From positions 91,140,001 to 91,204,000 of the forward strand of contig OX597824.1 of assembly GCA_951406725.2 (NCBI GenBank): a DNA stretch of 64,000 bases, in the 5' to 3' direction. The DNA comes from Octopus vulgaris (taxonomy: Eukaryota). Position numbers and translations under genes: made by a program. Below the pieces are notes generated by a model, which saw only the letters and a program-made list of their open reading frames with translations, had not been told where the DNA came from and ran no database searches. Below are positions 55,141-64,000 of this stretch, piece after piece (position 1 is the stretch's first letter; each line of letters starts with the position of its first letter).

Positions 55141-56715
55141 ATTTATGCAGAATTTAAGCGAGATGCTGAAAGCGAATGGCGGATTCTTGGCTTGCATTTA
55201 TCTGCGAGTGTATATGTTTTATCAAGAATCACGTGTTAAGTATAAACTTCTCTGGCTGCACAACGGTCTTAATTGTTAGTGATGGTCTTCCTCAGGTACG
55301 ATTAAACAGTTTATAGTAGAGCTATACTATAAACTTTATCCCCCTGAATACGTGTCGCTGGAATTGGGGTGCGGCAAAAATGCCCGAAATGCGTGTATAT
55401 TTTTTATACCTTTGAATAGAGTACCAGTCAAGTACTGGAGGTCGAAGTACTTGGCTCAATTCCTTTTTCTGAAATTGCTGATTTTGTGCCTAAATCGAAA
55501 ATCACTATGTGTGGAGATAATTCTTTATTTTACAATTAGCATTTAAAAATTTTATGCTTCGTAGTTATTGATACGTTATGATTTCCTAGAGATTTAATGT
55601 TATACCTGTAGTAATAAACAAGTGTAGACAAAATGGACGTATTACGCCAATGTTTCACTCTTGCTTCTTGTCTGTTTTTTTCGAGGAGCGTTTATGTTTT
55701 TAATATTGTTTACATCATTGGTTTAAACATACTGTGCAGGTGTCGAAACCATAATGACATCGACTAGGCAGCTGACGATGGTGATATATATTTGATATGC
55801 TTTTTACCTGTGAATCTGTAAGATGTCCTTTATTTGCGCAAGGCTGAACTTGACGTCTTCTTGTTTTATGGTGGCTTTGTTATATATATATATTTATATG
55901 TTATATCCTGCGTTAATACTGCGTGAATGTCATCTATTCGGGTTCTAATTATGGTCAGATTAATATTTATTTAAGGGATTGTAGTTTTGGGAGGTTTCGT
56001 CGCGTATGGATATTGCAAGTGAGAGGGGTCAGGCTTTTGAAGTACCACAATGTCTTGTTGCAGTGGCGGCCTCGTGTTCCTTCCTGTCCAATTCTGAAGA
56101 TGTATTTTTGGACATTTTGAAGTAAGAAAAGCGTCAATCCATCGCTTTTCCGGTTTAACTGTTAATAACAACAACGATGACGACGACGACGACGGCGGTG
56201 ACGATACTGATAACAGCGATAGTGGCAGGAGCAGCAACACACAAACAACAATATCAACAACAACAATAAAAACAATCCTAGCAAAAATAACAACAACAAC
56301 AACAACACCAAAGCAACAAAACAACAACAGCAGTAACAACAACAAGACACGTTTATGATTTTTATTATCTTGCAAAACATGGAAAAAGAAAATTGACAGA
56401 AATGCTGTAGATTTGTTGCTGCCATTGCTGCTGTTGTTGTTGTTATTGTTGTTATTGTTGTTGTTGGTGGTGGTGGTGAAGGTGGTGGTAATATTATTCC
56501 TGCTGTTGCTGTTATTTAGTGCCCTGTAGGTCAAGCTGATTGAGCAGGCCCTACGATGAAAGGGAGTTCTATTATATTACATAATGCATCCTTTCTTCCT
56601 TTTAAGATTTTAGAGCGTGATTAGAGGGAGATTCGGGTTTCTATTTCTAGCAGGTCAAACGTGCACGAAGAACACTTCTCATTGGTTCCTTTCTCAACAC
56701 ACGAAAGACTGTGAA

Positions 56716-56749
<34 letters not shown>

Positions 56750-57054
56750 GCAGACACACACACAGACACAGAGAGAAAGAAAGGGGGGGGAGAGGGGGGT
56801 AACTGGGGTTAGAAAAATAAGCATGTGATCTCATTAAGATACACCCACCCCTCATCCCCACACCATCCTGGAACCTATCCCAGAAACGGAAATCATTAGT
56901 GAGAAACGAAAGATATATCATCTGGGAGTCATAGGGGAAAAAACATCGGGATAGAAAGATAGCTATGCATAGATACTTGCATGTATATACATTCGCATAT
57001 ATATATATATATCATGTGACCGTGATATATATATATATATATATATACACCCAT

Positions 57055-57120
<66 letters not shown>

Positions 57121-57123
<3 letters not shown>

Positions 57124-57390
57124 CCGTGATCACCGTGACCGACCAGGCTATCAGATGTTGCTACACATCGCTGGTCACAATGCGATTCGCATTGATTTAG
57201 CCTTTAAATGACGCCACCCCGCTGGCTAAGCAAGCAGGCCAACAGAAGAAAGAGTGAGAGAAAGTTGCGGCGAAAGAGTACAGCTTTAGGTGTTTTCGCT
57301 CAATAAACACTCACAAAGCCTAGTCTAGGAATCGAAACCGTGATCCTATGACCGCGAGTCCGCTGCCCTAACCACTGGGCCATTGCGCCT

Positions 57391-57392
<2 letters not shown>
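57121..57392 (-). mobile_element. tRNA-derived SINE (head A + tail Y)
   Basis: Minus-strand head GGAGGCGCAATGGCCCAGTGGTTAGGGCAGCGGACTCGCGGTCATAGGATCACGGTTTCGATTCC. Confidence 0.85.
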
Positions 57393-57463
<71 letters not shown>

Positions 57464-57468
<5 letters not shown>

Positions 57469-57822
57469 AGGAGTGGCTGTGTGGTAAGTAGCTTGCTTCC
57501 CAACCCCATGGTTCCGGGTTCAGTTCCACTGCGTGGCACCTTGGACAAGTGTCTTCTGCTATAGCCTCGGGCCGACCAAAGCTTTGTGAGAGGATTTGGT
57601 AGACGGAAACTGAAAGAAACCCATCGTATATATATATGTATGTGTGGGGCTAGTGGTGTCCCCCCAACATCAGTTGACAACCGATGCTGGTGTGTTTACG
57701 TCCCCGTAACTTAGCGGTTAGCCAAAAGAGGATAGAATAGGTCCGGATTCGATTTGCTCGACTAAAGGTGGTGCTCCAGCATGGCCGCAGCCAAATGACT
57801 GAAGCAAATACAGGAATATAAG
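57464..57822 (+). mobile_element. SINE S1
   Basis: Homology to S1; tail-to-tail with the next copy. Confidence 0.88.
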
Positions 57823-57854
57823 AATAAGAAGAATATACATATATATATATATTA

Positions 57855-58114
57855 CTCTTAATCTTGTTTCAGCCATTTGACTGCGGTCATGCTGGAGCAC
57901 GGCCTTTTAGGGTTTTTTATTCGATGAAAGTCACATTAGGACTTATTCTTTGTAAGCTTTGTATTTATTCTATCGATTTCTTTTACCAAACCGCTAAGTT
58001 ACAAGTACGTAAACACACCAACATCGGTTGTCAAGTAATAGTAAGGGAACAAACGCAGACACAAAGACACGCACACATAAATACACATATACACACACAG
58101 ACGCATATTATATA

Positions 58115-58153
<39 letters not shown>

Positions 58154-58435
58154 AATACGTAAACAAACCAACACCGGTTGTAAAGTGGTGGGAGACAAAC
58201 ACAAAGACACGCACGAATACGCGAATATGAATATAAACACACACACACACACACACACGCGAACATGTATTTATGTACCAAGGGCTTCTTTCAGTTTCCG
58301 TTTACCAAATCCGCTCACAAGGTTTTGGTAGGCCCGAGGCTATGGTAGAAGACACCTGGTGAAGGTGTCACATACTGGGAGTGAACCCAAAACCATGTGC
58401 TTGGAAAGCAAGCTTCTTACCACACAGCCACATAT
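57855..58435 (-). mobile_element. SINE S1-related copy with internal duplication
   Basis: GTAAACA.ACCAACA.CGGTTGT occurs at 58009 and 58159. Confidence 0.8.
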
Positions 58436-58532
58436 GAATAGGTGTGTGTATGTGTGTGTGTGTGTATTTGTGTGTGTGTATTTGTGTGTGTATTTGTGTA
58501 TGTGTGTGTGTGTGTGTGTATTTGTGTGTATA

Positions 58533-58580
<48 letters not shown>

Positions 58581-58894
58581 TGTGCGTATCTAAGTGTGGA
58601 AAGAGAACCCGGAACGAAAAACTTGACTGAAAAGAAAGGCCCGGAGCGACGTAATCCCCTCTGCCCCTTCCCCAAGCTACCTACCCTACCTACCCGCCAC
58701 CCATCCACCCACCTACATAGTACCCTTTCATAAATGATCGTTGTGTCAATACACCCCACACAGCTTCCACGTTGCGTGGTGACAATCGTACCCGGATATT
58801 GGGGGTATTTTCCACACCTATTACCCCAGCTATTTCAACCGAAAGCATTGGATAATAACTTTTGTTTTCGAACCTGCTCTTAATTTTATATATA

Positions 58895-59042
58895 AAACAA
58901 CAGCAGCAGCAGTGGGGGTGTTGAGGAGGTGGCGATGGCAGCGGCGAGTGCGGGGAGTAGTGGTAGTAGTAGTAGTAGTTGTAGTAGTAGTAGTTGTAGT
59001 AGTAGTAGTTGTAGTAGTAGAAGCAATGGTATTGATGGTGGC

Positions 59043-59102
<60 letters not shown>

Positions 59103-59118
59103 GGTAGTGGTGGTGGTT

Positions 59119-59153
<35 letters not shown>

Positions 59154-59228
59154 GGTGGTAGTGGTGGTGGTGGTTGTAGTAGTAGTAGTAGTAGTTGTAG
59201 TAGTAGTAGCAATGGTATTGATGGTGGC

Positions 59229-59262
<34 letters not shown>

Positions 59263-59354
59263 ATGGTGGTGGGTGGCAGCGGCGGGTGCGTGGCAGTGAT
59301 GGTGGCAGTAGAAGTAGTATTAATATCAGCAGCAGCAATAGTAGTAGTAGTACT

Positions 59355-59396
<42 letters not shown>

Positions 59397-59420
59397 TGTT
59401 GTTGATGATGATGATGTGGT
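58895..59420. repeat. Compound GTA/GTG/GCA trinucleotide region with higher-order duplication
   Basis: GCAATGGTATTGATGGTGGCAGTAG occurs at ~59022 and ~59209. Confidence 0.9.
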
Positions 59421-59811
59421 GTTAAAAAGAGTGATATGGCGAAGGGAGTTTTAAGACTCTGAGCTAAATGTCAGGGGTAGGCGTTAACCACCCGCTTTGG
59501 GTTTCCTTATCCAGCGACCATTAAATTTCAAAACCCTCAACACCGAAGACCCCTTCCCCCAAATTTCGTCAGCTTTCCAATGAGATTGACGAAGAACTTG
59601 ATTTAACGAACGTTAAGCAAACAAACCAATGGCACGGCGGCCGTGGCTGAGTGGTTAAGAAGCCCGCTTTCCAGTCGCACGGTTTCGGGTTCCAATCCCA
59701 CTGTGTGACACCTTCGCCAAGTATCGTCTACTATAGCTGGTGTCGAATAGTGCCTTGTGGTAGAATTCGCGAGACGGAAACTGTGAGGAAGCCTGTGACA
59801 TATGATCGTAC

Positions 59812-59880
<69 letters not shown>

Positions 59881-60050
59881 TGTATGTGTGCGTGTGTTTA
59901 CGTATATGAATGTCAATTCGCATGTATGTACGTGTGTACAAATACATGTAGATGTGTATGTGTATGTGTGCGTGTTTGTGTGTGTATGTACGTACATACT
60001 CAGACGCACATACAAACACACTCACACACACACATTCATATGCACATGTA

Positions 60051-60240
60051 TACGAGGACGCGCTGAAGAGTTTCTGGTTTTGGGTAAAAGAAAACACAGG
60101 AGGATCACTTAATTATGATTTTATTCAACATGTTCCCCTCTGAGATTCACACACTTATTGCAGCGCTCTGTCAGTTTTTCCAGGCCCTGTAAAGGAACTC
60201 GGAAGGTTGGGCCCTAAAGCCAGTAACTTTTCAGCCCCTC
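60051..60240. mobile_element. Mariner-derived MITE-like fragment
   Basis: TACGAGGACGCGCTGAAGAGTTTCTGGTTTT versus AAAGCCAGTAACTTTTCAGCCCCTC, imperfect TIRs. Confidence 0.55.
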
Positions 60241-60244
60241 CCCC

Positions 60245-60956
60245 ACCTATCACTCTTCTGACCTCGTCTACAGAATTCATATTTGGAAGACTGCGGAATA
60301 ACTGATAATCAGATGGGGCAATATCTGGTGAATATGGTGAGTGGGGCATCGTTTCCCATTCAAACTGCTCCATCCTTTGGAATGTCATTCTCGCTGTATC
60401 TGGCCGAGCATTATCCTGATGGAAGAACACCTTTCGTCTTGAAACCAAAGATGATCGTTCTTCTTCTATCGCTGACTTGAATGGCTGGTTGAATGACCAA
60501 ATCCAAGTTTCTCTGCTAGTTCCTCAACAGTTACGATGGGACTTTGTTTGCAGGACGTCCTCGTCGAGTTCTACAGATCCTCCAAGGCGAGGCTCGTCTT
60601 CTCGGCTGTAGTTTCCAGCTCGGAATTTCTGGAACCACCGTTGACACTGGCTTACGCTTATTGTCCAATCTCCATACACTGCATTAATATTCCTCACACT
60701 TTCCGTTCCGTTGTTGCCTTTATTAAACTCATAAAGCAAAATATGTTGAATATGCTCCTTTGTCACGTCCATTATAGCTTTGAAAAAATAACTGTTAAAA
60801 TCGAACTGCACTCTTCAAAACTTGCACTAAGAGTAAGTTCATGGTAAAATTGCTATCAGCTTATATAGCAAGTTGATGCAGGTTGTTTATACCGTCTCCC
60901 TCTAACTTTTAGTTCATACAATTGATAAAACCGCATTATTTATTGGATGACACAAT
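60245..60956 (-). mobile_element. Mariner (DD34D, Hsmar1/Mos1-like) internally deleted transposon
   Basis: HTH region HIQHILLYEFNKG...CQRWFQKFRAGNYSREDEPR and catalytic HQDNARP...HSPYSPDIAPSDYQLFRSL; 5' TIR TATTGTGTCATCCAATAAATAATGCGG. Confidence 0.9.
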
Positions 60957-61475
60957 ATAATGCAAATAAGCGTATCCAATGGATGTCGGTTACACTCGTA
61001 GCTTAACTTATTCTAGTTACAGTGAAGGCTAATCTTTCTCATATAATAAATAACCACACCACACCTTCTCCGTCCGACACAACCCTAGCTTCCTAGCCAG
61101 GTGAGAATCTTATCTCTTGCTTACTTAACCTTTTGTAGAAAGTATTGCGAAATGAACGAAATCCGTCAACAATGGTAGCTGCGAAGAAGAAATTAAGATA
61201 TGATTATCTGTTCGTGCTAGCTCTTTGGAAAAGAAGATACAAATGTGTTAGTCGAGTTCTGTGTGTGGCGGAACGTGGAAAGATAGGAGGGGAAAATATA
61301 TCAAACCGCAAGCACTGCATCGAATGTACTTTTATATATATATAGTGTATGAGAGGTATTGGTGTGAAGAAGACCCAAAGGTGTCAGGTAAAGGTGAGTA
61401 AGTGCTATGGACAGACCATAGTTAAGCTCCAGGTTCAATAATGATATGAATGCGAAGTCTATATATATATGTGCA

Positions 61476-61506
<31 letters not shown>

Positions 61507-61519
61507 ATGTGTGTGTGTA

Positions 61520-61617
<98 letters not shown>

Positions 61618-61640
61618 TAGATATATATATATATATATAT

Positions 61641-61675
<35 letters not shown>

Positions 61676-61814
61676 TAGATATAAATATAGATATATAGAT
61701 ATATAGATATATATATACACTCTGGTACTAAGTTATAAGGTTGAGCGAAAATTTTGCTAGCTGATTGTCTATATTAATATGTACGCACAACTACAACACA
61801 CATGCGCATATAGA

Positions 61815-61862
<48 letters not shown>

Positions 61863-62016
61863 ACACACACAGCTCTATAGTTAGGAAAATACATCAAATC
61901 GCAGGCACTGCATGAAATGTACTTTATACATATACATATATAAATACTCTGGTACTAAATTGGTTGAGCGAAAACTTTGTTTGCTGTGTATATTAATGTA
62001 CACACACACATACATA

Positions 62017-62058
<42 letters not shown>

Positions 62059-62181
62059 CACACACAGCTCTATAGATAGCTCGATCTCTCTCGTCGACTT
62101 GTACCTTTCGTACATGTAACACGCGTAACAACAGTCTCGTATCCTCAAGAGCATAGAAGCTCATCTCTTTCTGATAACACG

Positions 62182-62250
<69 letters not shown>

Positions 62251-62754
62251 CACATTCATTCTACACCACCACCACCACCACCACCACCACCTCCACACCG
62301 GAAAGATATGAGGTGTTAACATCTGCTGAAAGTAGCAACTGCACACGTTTCGGTTGCTATAATTAAACAACTGGAAATGGAACGTTGCTTGGTTGTGATG
62401 GTGGCGGCGTGTGGTAGAGTTCACTAGTAATGGTGGTGGAGGTGGAGGTGGTGGAGGTGGTGGTGAAGTTGCCGATGGTAGTAGCAATTTGATGGTGATG
62501 GTGAGGATGATGCTGGAAGTGGTAGTAGTGGTGGTGTCGGTGGTGGTGGTGGTGGTGGTGGTGTTGACCTTCACGGTGAAGAATGCGGTGGTGGCAACGT
62601 TACTCGTGATAGCGGTGTTGGTGGTGCTTGCGCTGATGGCGATGGTGGCGCAACCGGCAACTTACGATAGCAGTGGTGGTCATGGTGATGATGGTTGTGG
62701 TGGTGGTGGTGGTGAAAGTGATGGCGTCGTTGAAATGGTTCTGAAATGGTGGTG

Positions 62755-63135
62755 GCACTCCGTCGGTTGCGACGACGTGGGTTCCAGTTGATCCGATCAA
62801 CGGAACAGCCCGCTCGTGAAATTTACGTGCAAGTGGCTGAGCACTCCGCAGATATAGGTACCCTTAACGTAGTTCTCGGGGAGATTCAGCGTGACACAGA
62901 GTGTGACAAGGGCTGGCCCCTTTGAAATACAGGTACAACAAAAACAGGAACAAAGAGTGAAAATTGTAGCGAAAGGGTACAGCAGGGTTCGCCACCCCCA
63001 CACCCCTGCCGGAGCCTCGTGGAGCCTTAAATGTTTTCGCTCAATAAACACTCACAACGTCCGGTCTGGGAATCGAAACCGCGATCCTACGATGCGAGTC
63101 TCCTGCCTTAACCACTGGGCCATTGCGCTTCCTCT
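62755..63135 (-). mobile_element. tRNA-derived SINE (head A + tail X)
   Basis: Head homologous to 57280-57392; tail homologous to 41780-41960. Confidence 0.85.
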
Positions 63136-63224
63136 CTGAAATAATAGGCAGTGATATTAATGTTGTTGCTTTGGATCAAAGACACTCCTGGCATGACCAA
63201 CTTGTCAATGAAAAATAATAATTT

Positions 63225-63770
63225 ATCTTTATCTTTTATTTGTTTCTATCACTGGTCTGTGGCCATGCTGGGGCACCGCCTCTACAGGTTTAGTCTAACA
63301 AATCGACCACAGTACTTAGTTCTAAGTTTGGTAGTTATTATATCGATCTCTTTGTGCTAAATCGCTTACTTACGGGGATGTAAACAAACAAACACCGGTT
63401 ATAAAGTGGTGGCAGTGGTGGTGGTGATGGTGGGAGACAAACACAAAGACACATCACGAATACGCGAATATGAATATAAATACACACACACATACACACA
63501 CGCACACGCACACACACACACACACGTACATGTATTTATGTACCAAGGGCTTCTTTAAGTTTCTGTCTTCCAAATCCACTCAAGTGGTGCCGGGTGGTGC
63601 TTGCGCTGGTGGCGATGGTGGAGCAACCGGCAACTTACGATAGCAGTGGTGGCCATGGTGATGATAATGGTGGTGGCGGAGATGGTGATGATGATTGTGG
63701 TGGTCCTGAGGCTATACTAGAAGGAACTTGCCCAAGGTGCCACGCAGTGGGACTGAACCTGGAACCATAT
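63225..63770 (-). mobile_element. SINE S1-related copy interrupted by a locally templated insert
   Basis: S1 homology at 63225-63583 and 63705-63770. Confidence 0.75.
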
Positions 63771-63894
63771 CGTACAAGTTCCACCGAAGACGACTTTGCC
63801 TTTCATCGGATGTAATCGATTATACCCCACCCCCAAATTGCAACCCTTGTGCCTTTTAGCAGAAAAGATTCTTCTTCTTCTTCTTCTTCTTCTT

Positions 63895-63925
<31 letters not shown>

Positions 63926-63930
63926 TTGAA

Positions 63931-63987
<57 letters not shown>

Positions 63988-64000
63988 GCGTGAAAGAGCG

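Noticed and set aside
57320-57392. Functional tRNA gene
   Set aside because: The tRNA-like head runs directly into a SINE body shared with 62960-63135, and it lacks a proper acceptor stem and terminator.
58886-59454. Ser/Gly-rich ORF resembling the RhoU N-terminus
   Set aside because: Compound trinucleotide repeat with no unique coding segment; the similarity is compositional.

Overview
Eukaryotic, AT-rich, microsatellite-dense animal DNA. The SINE families, (TA)n/(TACA)n/(GATA)n density and gene architecture best fit an octopus (coleoid cephalopod) genome; this is an inference from recalled repeat sequences, not a search. The only host protein-coding sequence I can support is the first coding exon of a RhoU/RhoV (Wrch-1/Chp) atypical Cdc42-like GTPase on the minus strand (4405-4990). 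It has a long Gly/Ser/Gln-rich N-terminal extension and a phase-1 GT donor, and the downstream exons lie outside the window. The remaining ~59 kb upstream is non-coding. It holds several tRNA-derived SINE families with shuffled head and tail modules, Tc1, mariner and rosa-like transposase relics, three non-autonomous Helitrons, RTE and R4/Dong-like LINE 3' ends, and foldback elements. The most interesting signal is a set of short, often palindromic elements, probably derived from Penelope-like elements (PLEs), that carry minimal type I hammerhead ribozyme motifs. One has a canonical CUGAAGA core (26283-26325); several have recurrent non-canonical cores (CUGU[U/C]GA, CCGACGA). Nearly all long ORFs in the supplied track are microsatellite artefacts.
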